A DNA stretch of 64,000 bases from Vicugna vicugna (lineage: Eukaryota), in the NCBI GenBank assembly GCA_013265495.1, contig MU058781.1, forward strand, positions 2,644,158 through 2,708,157, read 5' to 3'. This document shows, piece by piece, positions 14,141 through 26,999 of this stretch. How positions within the stretch are numbered: position 1 is the first letter of the stretch; each line of letters starts with the position of its first letter. The translations under genes were made by a program, and so were the position numbers. Below the pieces are notes generated by a model that saw nothing but the letters and a program-made list of their open reading frames with translations, was not told the DNA's origin and did not search any database.

Positions 14141-15024
14141 AGGAAAACATTTTCACTATGGAACATTGAGGATAGACAGATTGAGCAGACACCTTAAGAG
14201 ATCATGATGGGAGAAGAGATGGCTCAGATGAGGACGAAAGGGAGGCACTGGCACAACACAGTTTCTGCAGGCTCAGCACGTATGTTATAAAAATTATTTG
14301 CAAGAGTCATGGCTCTACATTTTTCCCCGATGAGTGCCCAGTGCTCTGTGGTAAGTGGACTATCAGTATAATTGTTCACCTGTTTTCTTTCTTCAGAAAT
14401 TAAATGTAATTCAGAATTGAAAACAGGGCTTTCTTTTCTTATTAATTTCCATAGGAGATAATCACATGAGTAAAACTTTTTTGAAGACTCATTGTTTACA
14501 CTCTGCTACATTTCCTAGCAAAGGTTTATCTTAAGCAGCTTTTGCAGATTGCATCAACACACAGGCCTGATAAAAATTTAAACTCAGTACACCAAAGAAA
14601 GCAAGGGTGTCATAGTGGGGATTTCTCCTGAAACCCTCAAAGTGTACTCTGTATGGGCTGTCCCCATCTTTACTGCTTTCCCATACTGCTTGAGAAAAGG
14701 AAGTTAAATCACAAACCCATTAGGTAATAGGCTATGTATTAGTATAAGTGACCTGGAATGAGGAAGGGGAAGACTCAGCTTGGAAATATTTTCCTCAACG
14801 GCATATTTCTCTTTGCTGCAAATCTGTCCCTGCAACATCAGGTGAGACATAGGAAGAAGCCTGGAACCCCTCACCCACCCTACATCCAGCACTTCCTGGA
14901 GCTGGGCAATCTTTCGGGATATTGACAATACGGCTCAGTAGATGGTGCGATTTGACAATCAGTCCTCACCAGGCTGACTTCCAACACAGAGGACAGAAAT
15001 GATCAGAAAGAAGAGTGCTGAGGC

Positions 15025-15375
15025 ACTTTGCCGTGACCCAGAATCCCTTATACTCTTAAAAATTATTGACCCCAAAAAGCTTTTGTTACGTGGGTTATAT
15101 TTAACATGTTATGAATAATACTGGAGAATATTTAAAGTATTTATTTATTTTTATTTAAACTAACAATGAGAAACTCAATACACTAAAATAATTTTTTATG
15201 AAATTAAAACTAAAAAAATAAGATATTTATTTGTTTGAAATAACTGATAAACTCAGTGCATATTAGCAAAAAATAACTCATTTTAATGAAATTAACATTT
15301 TCCTAATGGATCATTTGCTCAAGCATGATTTTGCCACATAATTCATTGATCATTGGAAAATATTGTTTTCCAATT
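15025..15375. mobile_element. Charlie1-like hAT transposon fragment
   Basis: cccttatactcttaaaaattattgaccccaaaaagcttttgtt and gcatgattttgccacataattcattgatcattggaaaatattg. Confidence 0.6.
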
Positions 15376-15381
15376 GGAAAA

Positions 15382-15806
15382 GAATGCCATTTGCAGTAAC
15401 ATGGATGGACTTAGAGATTATCATATTAAGTGAAGTAATTCAGACAGAAAAAGACAAATATCATATGATATCACTTATATGTGGAGTCTAAAAAAATGAT
15501 ACAAATGAACTTATTTACTCACAGACATAGAAAACAAACTATGGTTACTAAGGGGAAAAGGGTCAGAGGGAGGGATAAAGTAGGAGTTTGGGATAAACAC
15601 ATACACATTACCATATATAAAATAAATAAATAACAAAGGCCTACTGTATAGCACAGGAAACTATATTCAATATCTTGTGATAACCTATAATGGAAAATAA
15701 TCTGGAAAAGAATATATATGTATATGTACAACTGAATCACTTTGCTGTACACCTAAAACTAACACAACGTTGTAAGTCAACCATACTTAAATTAAAAATT
15801 TTAAAG
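15382..15806 (+). mobile_element. L1 LINE 3' end (ORF2 C-terminus, 3'UTR, tail)
   Basis: From 15384 translates MPFAVTWMDLEIIILSEVIQTEKDKYHMISLICGV*, the L1 ORF2 C-terminus, followed by artiodactyl-type 3'UTR (ctactgtatagcacagg...aactgaatcactttgctgtacacc). Confidence 0.92.
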
Positions 15807-16549
15807 AGAATGTCTTTTTCAAAATTTACACGCCTGAAAACATTTCAGAATTTAAGAGGCAGCATAATGAGTAACTACAAAATCCCCATTGAGTGCATTT
15901 TTCAGCAGCTCTTTTCTGAAAGATTTATCATGCTTTATTTTATTTTAACTTGAAAACATCTCTGTGATGTGGTTTTGCAGGGCTTCATATATTAATTTTG
16001 CAGGTGAGGAGACTGAGACTATGACTCACCCACAGTCACAAAGGAAAAGAGGGTGGGACCAAGGGAGTCCTTCTGGTTACCATTTCCAAGGCTTTTCCTT
16101 TTCACCACCCTGAACCACTTGGTCTGTTCAGCCTCAGCAAACACGTTTCACTTCAGTGAAATGAGAAGATTCCAATGAACTCGGAGACTGTGGAAATCCC
16201 TAAGGTGAAGTTTGCAAAATAACTGAAAACCTGCAGGGAAAGTGTGACTCCCTTGAGCTTTTCCAGTTTCCATTTCTGCTGATAGGTGGGAGTTCATTGA
16301 AAGGAAGAAATTCTCTCAGCCTGGGCACATCACTTGCTAAATTTGGAATTCCAGATTAGAGTAGCACCCTCCAATGACTGAGCCTTCCACCCCCGATGTC
16401 CTGGAGGTGCTCATTCTGAAAGTATAGATGCATTTTTCCTTCCCCTTTGGAGCTGGAGGGGAAACTTGGCTAAGGAGTCTAGTGCCTTTGGCCTCAAGTG
16501 AGTGACTGGGGATACTCTTTGGAGATTTAGGCAGAATGTGGTGAAGAGG

Positions 16550-16625
16550 ATGTGGTTGGGGATCCATGCTGAGCAAAAGAGAAGGAAATGTGGTTGGGGA
16601 TCCATACTGAGCAAAAGAGAAGGAA
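16550..16625. repeat. Tandem duplication, 38 bp x 2
   Basis: atgtggttggggatccat[g/a]ctgagcaaaagagaaggaa twice with one mismatch. Confidence 0.95.
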
Positions 16626-17489
16626 ATATGACCTGGTGGTCCTATAAGCAGAGGCAGGTTTAAAACGTCATGTTCATATTTACTAGCTGGAATCTTCTTT
16701 ACCTGTCACCAGTAACTAATTGCTGTAACGATGCTATATTTATGTGAGCCATGTTACCTCTCAAAGGCAGAGGAAGATCCTTAAAGAAACACATAGGCCT
16801 CCAACTGTGTAGAGAAAAGCAGCTGTTTTCTCTCCACTTCCATGTCATAGGACCCTTCTCTCTTGAAAATACCCCTATCTTTTTCTTATTTCCATTGTGC
16901 CCACCACTCTTTAAGTCCTAGCACCAGAGCTCAATGGAAGACACAGGTGAAATGTTTTTGAATGGCGCCTGCCTGATGCAAGCCACCTGGCAGGCAGGAC
17001 CGCCTCAGAGTCCTCCTTCTGCACGCTGTGTCTCAGGGTCAGAGAGAGATCACAAGAATACACATTGCTCAGATGCCATCACTTCTTACCATTTGAAAAA
17101 CAGCTTGCCTGGGTGGAAAACCATTTTCTCAGGCAGCAATTTTCCTAGGAGTTGCAATGACATTGCTCTTCTGTGCCAAGAATATCAATCAGTTCCCAAG
17201 TCCCTCTCCCTTGAGCAATGGGTGAGATCCTGGACATACACATATAAGCATTGGTAACCCTGCTGTTTGGGGCTAGTGTAAGGGTCAAGGCTGAGTATTG
17301 GAATTTATTGTTTATTCTGCCACTATCTGGTTTCCCTACCTCCCTCACCCTTAACCCCTTTTATATAATCTCTTGACTCCTTCCACCTCCAACTCTTGAT
17401 TCTGTTGTTTCCAGCTTTACAGTTCTCAGTTGAAAAGTGTGAGCTCCCTGAGATGAAAGGTGATATAAAATCTGGGCAGGATGGAGAAG

Positions 17490-17760
17490 CATCTCACAGC
17501 ATAAAGGAAAGAGCTCTGGAACATGGTCCCAAGGACCCAGGCTGGACATTCCACTGTTAGTTGTTAGCTTATACAAAGCCGCTAACTTCTCTTCGTCTCA
17601 GTTTTCCACCTAAAACTGGGAATAATAATGCTTACTTTGCTTTATAAGATCTTTGTAACAATCAATTGCTATTATGTAACACGATTTGACATTTATTTGC
17701 TTCATTCTAGAGTCTAGAACAGTGTATAGCAGATGCTCAATAAACATTAGTTAAATAAAT
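17490..17760 (+). mobile_element. MIR fragment followed by L2-type tail
   Basis: tctcagttttccacctaaaactgggaataataatgc; tagaacagtgtatagcagatgctcaataaacattagttaaataaat. Confidence 0.6.
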
Positions 17761-18261
17761 TACTATTTTTGGAAATGTTTTGCAAACTGTAAAAGAACTA
17801 CAAACGTTTTTATTATACTTCTTGTAGACGATCTTAATAGCGGGCAATGCTGTAGACCCCTGCTTTTGTTCTGTTCAATTTAGGAGCAGACTGGGTCCTG
17901 CCCCGGCTAGGGCTGCAAGGATCTCTTTCCAAGCCATAGCATCTGCTGTGTTTTCCGTGATCACATCTCTTTATGTGGATCTGACCCACTGCCCAGCAGA
18001 TTGCGACGGAGGAAATTTGGTATATAAGTGCTGTTGCTGGAGGGCAAACGTTGGTCCCCAGGAGGGCTGGTCTTACACATTCATACCACGTTTTCATATA
18101 ACACAGAATGACACAGATACTGATAAGGAATTTTTATTTCCATTGGAAAATAAATTTCAAGGGAGTTCCAGATCAAAAAAAAGGATGATAGCAAATACCA
18201 GGATTATAGCAAAAAGAAGAATTTTAGAAGTATTCTTGTGAAGAATTCTGATTTATATACT

Positions 18262-20483
18262 TGTTATGGATTGAATTCTGTTCCCTCTAAGTTCATGTCT
18301 TGAAGCCCTAAACCCCAATGGCGCTGAATTTGGAGATAGAGTCTAGAAGTGGGTAATCAAGATTACATCAGGTCATAAGGGCTGGACTCTAATTCTCCTG
18401 TAGGGCTTGTCCTTATAAGAAGAGGAAGAGATATCTGAGCTCTTTCTCCATTCCAACCCCACCCCTGGGGGCCTCAGATGAAAGGCCGCGTGAGGACAGA
18501 GCAAGAAGGCAGCCATCTGTAGGCCAGAAAGAGCTCTCACTAGGAACCAAATCAGTCCGCACCTGGATCTGGGACTTCTAGGCTCCAGAACTTTGAGAAA
18601 ATAAATTTCTGTTAAGCAATCCAGTCTATGGTATTTGGTTCTAGCAATCTAAGACAGAGAAGTGAGGAGCAACTATAACAAATACCTAAAAATTTGGAAG
18701 TGGCTTTGGCCTCGAGTGCTGGGTGGAGTCAAGAAGAATTCTGAGGTGCGTGCTAGAAAAAGCTTAGATTGCCTTGAAAGGACCATTGATAGAAACATGG
18801 CATTAAAGGTAATTCTGATGAGGGCTCAGGAAGAAAAGGGGAGAGCTATACAGAAAGCCTCTATCATCTGAGGGAATACGTGTTTCATGATGGACAGAAT
18901 GGCGGTAGAAATACGGACTTTCTTAGGAAGTTTCAGACAGAAACGAGGAACGTATTAGTGATCCTTGTGATAACATGGCACAGAACTTGGCTGAATTCTG
19001 TTCTGGTGTTCTGTGTGAGGAGAACCTGGGAGTGATGAGACTGGGTATTTTAGCTGAGGAGATTTCTAAGCAAAGTTGAAGAAGCGGCTTCCTTTCTCCT
19101 TACTGCTCATGGCACAATGCCAGAGGAGAGAGGTAAATTGAAGGAATCGCTAAGCAACAAGAGACCAGAACTTAGAGCTTTGGAAAGTTCTCAGCCTATC
19201 CATTTTGGCATTCTGGAGAGAACACTAAAGGTTTTCCTATTCATTTGCCGAGGAGATTAGTATGGGTGTAAATCACAAATTTAATGAGCCGTTTTAGCAG
19301 AAACTCAGAATAGAGGTGGGATTATATCATCAGAAACGCTGCCAGCTGGGACTAAGAGGAACAGAGAAAACAGAACAGAATGAAGGCAGGCAGACTCCTG
19401 GGATTCCATAGGACAAGACAATAGAACTATCCAGTTGTAAACAAGAATTATCCCTCAAGGAAAGGGAATCAGGTGCCAAAGGTGACTCAGGGGTCATTGG
19501 GATTACCACCATCGGCCCAGGGAGCCGAGCTGGTTCCTTCTTGGTTTCCGGACCATCTCTTGGTATTAGCCAGCCAGAGCCTCTGGGACAAGGCATCACC
19601 TAAGGCCATGAGGGTGACACTGCTGTCCCAGCAGCCCTGGAAGGAGGGGCGTGGAGTCAAAGAAGAGGTTATTCTTGAGCTTTCAGATCTAGTGGAGCTT
19701 GCCTTGGTAGGTTTCGGACTTGCTAGAGACCTGCCATTTCTTTCTTCTGTCTGATTTCTCCCTTCTGGAATGGGAATGTCTATTCCCACTGCATTTGGGA
19801 GGCACAGAATATGTCTGATTGTGATCACAGGTTCACAACTGGATAGTTTTGCCTCCGGCTGAATCGTATCTCGAGTCTCACTCATAACCTGCTTTAGATG
19901 ATGTTTAGATGAGACTTTGGGCATTAGGCTTTAAAGTTGATGCTGGAATGAAATAAGATTTTTGGGGCTGTTGGGATGGGGTGAATATGTATTGTGTGTG
20001 AGAAGGACATGAAGATTGGGAGGCCAGAGGGTGGAACGTTATGGACTGAAATGTATCCCTCCTGCCCCTCCAAATGAATATGTTGAAGCCCTGAGTCCCA
20101 GTATGACTGTATTTGGAGACAGTGCCTATAAGGAGGTAATACAGGTTAGATGAGGTCTTAAGGATAGGGCCTTAATTTGATGGGACTGCTGTCTGTCCTT
20201 GAGAGAAGAGAAAGAAACACCAGATCTCTCTCTCTCTCTCTTTCTCCAACCCTTTCCTCCCCTCCAATCCCTGCACTTTCCTGCCACAGAGGGAAGGCCA
20301 TGTGGAGACGGCTCAAGAAGCTGTCTGTCTGCAAGCCAGGAAGAGAAATCTCACCAGAAACCTAACTGGCCAGCACCTTGGTCTGGAAATTCCAGCCTCC
20401 AGGACTAGGAGAAAATAAATTTCTGTTGTTTAAGCCACTCGGTCTCTGGAGTTTTGACATGGCAGCCCAAGTTGACTAAGACA
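18262..20483 (+). mobile_element. Complete MaLR element (MLT1A/B-like): 5' LTR 18262-18656, internal 18657-20036, 3' LTR 20037-20483
   Basis: Two homologous LTRs beginning [t/c]gttatgga[t/c]tgaa and ending ctaagaca, each with aataaatttctgtt; purine-rich tract gggaggccagagggtggaa before the 3' LTR; degenerate 5-bp flanks atact/gtcct. Confidence 0.9.
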
Positions 20484-21109
20484 GTCCTCCTTTCCTTTTG
20501 GTTTCTCTGGCACACTCGTGAGTAGTTATCCTGCAATCAGTACCTCTGTCTCCATCCTATGTGCCACACCACATGGCAGTCCAGGAGTGAATGAATGTAC
20601 ATTTGAATATCCTTATGAACCATCCTTATGATGGAAAAGAGAAGGACATCTACAAGCCACTGAATGACAGTAAACTGTAGAGAGAAGCTCTTTTACCTGC
20701 CTGGCCTGAGATAATTTTGGTATATTTCATGAAACTCCAGAATGGTAAAAGGGTGTAGGTTATCTCAGTGAGCCTGTGGAATTTTCTGAAGACCCCATGT
20801 ATAAGGTCTATGACTTTCTGTTGCAGCAGGTTTTTTCTCAAACCACTGCTATTACCACTTGAAGCCACACCTAAGTGGTATTGCTAGTGTACACACACAG
20901 AGAAATGATTATTTGGGAGAATGGGAAAACTGTATTTTTTACAATGTGACAATAGAGCAAGTGTGAATACTGAATTTTTGGATCTCAGGTTTAAAATTCC
21001 ACCTCTAATTTTTTGAAAGATTGGTGCAACACTGTTCTCATTCTTTAGTCCAGATATTAAAATGGTTAGACATAAATGAGTCAAAGTTAGTCTATCACAG
21101 TCTTCCTCC

Positions 21110-21250
21110 AACTTTAATGTTTCTACACATCACCTGAAGAGGTTGCTAAGAGACAGATTCTGATCCAGTGGGTTTTGGATGGAGCCCCAGATTCTGTATT
21201 TCTGAATTTCTGTTTATGTGCAGGCTGCTGATCCAGTAGTACACTGTGTA
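21110..21250. mobile_element. MER5A-like hAT MITE fragment
   Basis: atcacctgaagaggttgctaa...cagattctgatccagtgggttttggatggagccccagattctgtatttct. Confidence 0.65.
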
Positions 21251-24200
21251 TTAGACTGAATGGTGAAGTGTATAGTTTTTCTCCATGAATAAAATGCCAC
21301 GTGAACTTGAGTTGTTTTCTTCTGCAGTATATCATAATTTCTCTCTGAGAATGGTTCAAACCCCAGCATTTTGAAGAATTACATCATAGTGATTTGAGCT
21401 TCCAGTGTTTGATGTGAATATATGCTTAATACTGAAGATTGATTGATTTTTCTGGAAAGCAGATCTTCAGAGATGTGTGACAAATTGCTTCCAGTGATAT
21501 AAAATGATACATCCCTATTTAGAAGATCTAGAATTCTGGGCATTTAGAGACAAGACAAAGTTAACAGTGTGAGAGCCAGTGAGAAAGCATGGCTAATCTG
21601 GAATGCTAATACAGCTCCTTTGCAAACAGTCCTTCATCTGGGGTGAGGAATTGGTTTAGGAAATGGTAAGGAAGATTTGTTTCATAATTTTATGACTGGC
21701 TGCCTCCTGGAGTGAAGGAAAGGCATTGACAAGTTTGACAAGAGCTGGTAAAGCCAGAGTCCTCGTTTGCAAGGCTTAGTAAGCACATGGGTGTGGTATT
21801 GTTTATTTCACTGTGATTTATGAGAAGCATATTTCTGCTGCTGATTCTACCTATTGCTGATTATGGCTTACTCTGGGACCTCTTTCCCTCCAGACATGAA
21901 GGACTGCCAGAACCAGACTTGGTTCCCAGAGGTCAAGGGAAGGCTAAAACTCTTCCATGAAGCAATCTTTTGTATCTTTTGGAATATGTGTATATGTACA
22001 TACACACATATGAATGTATGTATATTGGGTAAGATGTTGTAATTCATAAAGTAAAACTGAAATTCAAGAGCATCTTTTACATAAAAAATGTGCTTTATAT
22101 ACCCACTCCTACTGAACCAGATTCCTCAGGAGTATACAAGATAAATCAATTTCACAGAGTTCTAAGTAAAAGTGTTTGTTGAATGTTGGAAATAATATGG
22201 TGTCACCTTTGTTGTCAACTGCCTAAGGTGGATAAAGCTGATGCACATTTTTTGTATTTTGCTTGCAGTTCTTTGTTTTCTTTTTCTTTTGTAAGTTAGA
22301 CTTGCCCCTGGAATTGATACTCTACCAACAGGTCTTTATGACACCTGCCAGTGGTAAAAACAGCTAGAAGTGCTGCAGATGACTGACTTGGAGCAGGTAT
22401 CTTCAGGATCAACTTCCTTCAACCCTTTACTCAAATAATTCCAAATTTCTGGGCTTCTTGCTGTTATCGATGAGTAGAGACTTTCAGTATTGCTAAAGAG
22501 TTGTTATGTTCCATGGGAGAAATTTTGGGTAAGATTGATTTTTGAAAACGTTTCATGTTGCATAATCTAGGAAATGCCTCTTCCTGCCTACATCTAAGCA
22601 AACTTTGGAAATGTTTATAAGGAGCCCTTTTAGTCCCCTCAATGTCCAAATTTCATTTTACCACAGAAAGACTTCTTTTGACTCACCATAAAAGTATGCC
22701 TTAAGAAATAATGCCCCTGTAAAAGGTTTCTTCAAAAGATATCTCTTGAGGAGATGGAATTAAACAATGAGGTCAGTTACCCTTGTTGATCTGTAAGTCC
22801 AGGGCCCCCTAAGCACACATTTCCAGTGGCCCCTAGCATGTTGGAATATACCAAGAGGTTATCCATAGAGTCATTGCCAATAATACCACTGAAATGTATA
22901 ATGAAATCCAACAAGTCACTTCTGCCTAACTGATAAAGCACAGATCATATTATGCTTCCTGAGACTGAAAGGTTAGCATGAATCCGACCAGGGCAAATGT
23001 CTCTAAAATTACTGCAAGTAGAAGATAAAGGGATATTGGACTGATGAAAGGCACAGACCAGCAACACAACATAATTAGGGGAGCTCCACCTTAACTGCTA
23101 CGCCTCTTAAGTTAAATATTCGATGGATACTGATAAAGCACATATCACAGTACTCACATGTAACTCAAAGAATATTAAAATGAAAACAAAAGACCACTAA
23201 AAGATATGTTGAGCCATACTCAACAAAACCGAGTCAACTGACTAGTTATTTCACCATTTGATAAAATGCATAGATCAGTGATGGATTTCTCTGTAGTAAG
23301 AACATTGCAAAGACTTATGTAACGAGAATCATAAATGCCACAGATCTTGCTAAGAAAAAAAATCAATAAAGCAGGTAAAACCAGTGATCACACTAACGAA
23401 TGTGGTTCATATGCCTTGGATAGATATTTCACCAAACTTGAGGTGTCTCTCAAGAAGACATACTTGCAACTTCTATCTTTTGATAGAAATCCCTTCCAAG
23501 AAGGGATTACTATATTGTCTAAAATGAGTACACTCTTAGGTGACTCTGATATAAATGCATTTTAAATTTATATGTGTTTAATTATATATGTATGAGTAGA
23601 CAAACTACAAAGGATATACAGGGTATCCTTCTAGCTTCCCGCGTTTATATTAGGGCAGATTGATACACCCATTAGTATTGTTTGACTTGGATTCAGTTTG
23701 CTTTGTTCTCCATCTCATTTGCACCTAAAATCTGGTGGTGAAACAAAAGTTTGCAGTTTGTTGTATAAATATAAATGATCGCTGCTAATTCTGATGGGAT
23801 ACTCCATCTGCTGATAGAAACTAGCTTTGAGGCAGCCAAGGGAAGAATATAAAAAGGAAAATGAAGGAAAGATATTTTAATTTCTCATATGATTTGTTTT
23901 GTGTCATTGACAATGCTTTTATTTCATCCAAACCATAAAAAGAAATAGAAAAATTAGGTTTCATTTCTGTCCCTTATCATGCCAATTCTCTAGGGTAAAA
24001 AACTGAGCATTTTGAGTAGGGCTCTGAAGTTTGTGGGATAATAAAGTTATTGAAAGAGGGGCTAATTTGGCTTGGATTCCAATAGTGGTGAAGTTTTCTG
24101 CATGGTCATAATGTTTTCACAGAACTTTCAGGTCTTGGTAATTCTGCAGGAATACAAGGTGGCATGCCTGACTTCTCTTGAGTTGTATCAGTGTCAGTTA

Positions 24201-25348
24201 ACCTGGAGACTGATAATGAGGTAGAGAAACACTGGTGCGGTTTTAAGTTTACCTAAATATAATTTGTGTCTTTATTCATGTATGTATTCATCCAGTATTC
24301 ACTCCATCCCTGTGATAAGCTGTATGCCCTGCAAGATATTACAAATGTGAATGAACTTGTCCTCAAGGAACCAGTAATTTTAAAGTTAAAAGATAAAGAA
24401 AAATATCCAACCTGCATCCATGAAGAAAAACAAAAGGGTCACGTATAAAGAAATGAAATCCAGATAACCTCAGAGCATTTCTTCAAAACTCTAAATGCCA
24501 AAGACAGTGGAACAACTTACAGAATTGCAAGAGGAAAGTCTGTGACCAAGCCATACTCTAGGTGTAGTATCTGTGGTGGAGGTCAGAAAACATGTCCCCA
24601 CATTCTCTTTGAGAAGAAAAAAAATGCTTGAACACACACTACAGGCAACCGAGAACTGAATAAAATTCAAGCTAAATTGTGAAGTAGTTTACTAATAACA
24701 ATGAAATTAGTGATTTAAAAACTGAATGCAGTGGTCAAAAGGGGGAAAGAGAAGGTGCATAATGGAAAAATTATCTTTTTTTTAAACAAATATTTGGTAG
24801 ATCCCACCAATAAACTAGACTTTGTTCTAGACAGATGATAGCAGTAAATCAGACAAAAATTAAGTAAAAGATGAGTTCTGCCTTTTTGGAGCTAATAGTC
24901 TAGCAGAAGAATGAGAAAATGAACAAGATAAAATAAATGAAAGGCATAATATGAAATAACATAAGATCAATAATTTAGGCACAATATCTCAGATTTTATT
25001 AACCCAAATTGGAATATGGATAGAAAAGGGTAGAAATGAGCAAAAGAGGGATAAATTCTTTATGTAGAAACGAGAAAAAAAGTTTGATAATTTTCAGGTA
25101 TTTACATGTATATGCACACACAAAATGAAGGGTAGAAACATTATTTCTTAAATAAAATAGAAGCCAAAGTAAATGGCACTAAACAGGACAAAAGAACAAT
25201 TCATATTAATAATAATAGTAAAAAGTCGGCACATCCAGGGTCAGTCTTCTTCTTCATTTGACTCAGTTTCTGCTCTTGCTTCCTTAACTCAGGGGAGGGC
25301 CCTACAGCCCCAAAGTCAAGGCTAAAACCTGGGCATCATTCTTCACTA

Positions 25349-25986
25349 TGTTAGAGCAGGCAGATAGCTAGATATGAGCAGAGAAAGGGGGACACAGACC
25401 AAATGGCAGGAATTGGGCAGAAGGGAGGGGCACAGGCCAAATGCAGGAAAACATACATCATGTAAGCACCAAGGGTCCCTGGGCAGAGAAGGAAAAGCAG
25501 GAATCTTTGGGCTGATAAGGGGCCACACCTTTTGGCCTGGAGACCAACAAAGAAAGGTCAGAAAAAGCAGGAATTTCCAGTGTCCAAATGTAACATTTTG
25601 CTCATTATTCCCTCATTTCAATAAATTTAGCCTTGCAGGTCAGAAGTACCCATCATGCACTGACGCCATGACACTTCTGATCCAGACTAAATAAGGACAA
25701 AAATCCCTCCTCCCTTTGGAGTTGGAATGATTATCAGGAAATACGACCCCAAGCCCTTCCCTCCTCAATGAATATTCTGCCCATTCATTTGTACACCCTA
25801 TGTGACTAACTTGCCAAAGAAACTCAGGGCAGCCGCTCACCTGAGCCTGCCGGCTCTCCCCTTAGAGTGTACTATTCATCCTTTAATAAACCCTCACTTT
25901 ACTTTTCTTAACCTCTAAGTCTTGTCTCTGAATTCTTTCTGGGACAGGATAAGAACCTGGAACACTGGCTGGATCTACCGGCAACA
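25349..25986 (+). mobile_element. ERV1-class solo LTR inserted in an L2
   Basis: TG...CA termini (tgttagagcaggcagatagc...ctaccggcaaca), AATAAA 25885-25890, 4-bp flanks acta/actt; the flanks rejoin as contiguous L2 sequence. Confidence 0.8.
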
Positions 25987-26730
25987 ACTTCCCACTCCCT
26001 TCACCCCACACTCCCAATCCATCACTCTCTAAGCTTTTCCCCTCTTACACACATCTCAGTCTGTCCCCTTTCTTTCACACTCAATGCTGCTTTGCTCATT
26101 TAGGGCAACACCATTTCTTATCTGGCTTTCTACCTCAACCTCAAAACTGGTTCCTTTGCTTCTTGTCTTGTTTACATCAAATCTAGTCTCCACGGGGAGA
26201 TCAAAATCATCTTCCAAAGTCATCTTTCTCCACAGGGAGATCAAAGTGATCATTCAGAGTTTCTGAAGTAGAAAAAAAATCATTTCAAAAAATGATTATG
26301 TCGTTTTTATGCGTAAAACACTCCTGGAATTCCACTGTCCCTCTCCTTGATATCTCCCTTTCTAGTTTGATTCTTACTGATCTCTCCAAGCTCATGTCAC
26401 TCTTGTTGCTTTTTGTATGCAGCCCCATGAACGTCTGCCATAGCCAAGTACGGGATTGGGCTCTTTCTCCTCCTGGGGTCCTGGCACAAGCTGTTTCCCT
26501 CTCTTTTTATCTTCCTTTGCCTGGAGAAGTCCTACTTTGAGCTTAGGCATCACTTCAATTTGTAAACTTTTCTTGACTCCCACCTGTACCAGATTTGGTG
26601 GAGTTACTATTCTAAGTGTTCCATTAGAACCTGGAACTTTTCCTATTAGAGCACCTTTCTCATTATAATAGCTTATTGATATGTCTGCAAACCAAATTAG
26701 ACTATGAACTCCATGAAGCTGTGGGCCTTG
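25987..26730 (+). mobile_element. L2 LINE fragment (continues from 25310-25348)
   Basis: aaaacctgggcatcattcttcact|...cccttcaccccacactcccaatccatcact...attagactatgaactccatgaag are L2 3'-region motifs. Confidence 0.65.
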
Positions 26731-26825
26731 CCCCTAGGCCAAACATCTGCCCTGAAAGGCTTTTATTATTAATTAAACGTTTTTTTTTAAGAGAAGTAAA
26801 AATTTACCTAAGAATCTAGAAAAGA

Positions 26826-26980
26826 GGGGGAGGGTATAGCTCAGTGGTAGAGTGAGTGCTTAGCATGCATGAGGTCCCAGGTTCAATCCCCTGTACCTCC
26901 TTTTAAACAAGCAAACAAACAAACCTAGTTATCCCCCCATGAAATGTTTTTTAAAAATCAATAAAAATTAATAATAAATT
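26826..26980 (+). mobile_element. Full-length Vic-1-type camelid SINE (tRNA-Ala-derived)
   Basis: ggggagggtatagctcagtggtagag...cttagcatgcatgaggtcccaggttcaatcccctgtacctcc, A-box 26837-26847, B-box 26880-26890, then (AAAC)n, aacctagttatcccccc and an A-rich tail. Confidence 0.88.
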
Positions 26981-26999
26981 ATGCCAAAGTAACTCAATA

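Noticed and set aside
18662..19924. Several 69-145 aa ORFs
   Set aside because: All lie within the decayed MaLR internal region
26826..26900. Possible tRNA-Ala(AGC) gene
   Set aside because: Has A and B boxes and a TTAGCAT loop, but the stems are imperfect, there is a SINE-specific 3' body and A-rich tail, and a related truncated copy occurs at 13555-13659. It is a SINE.
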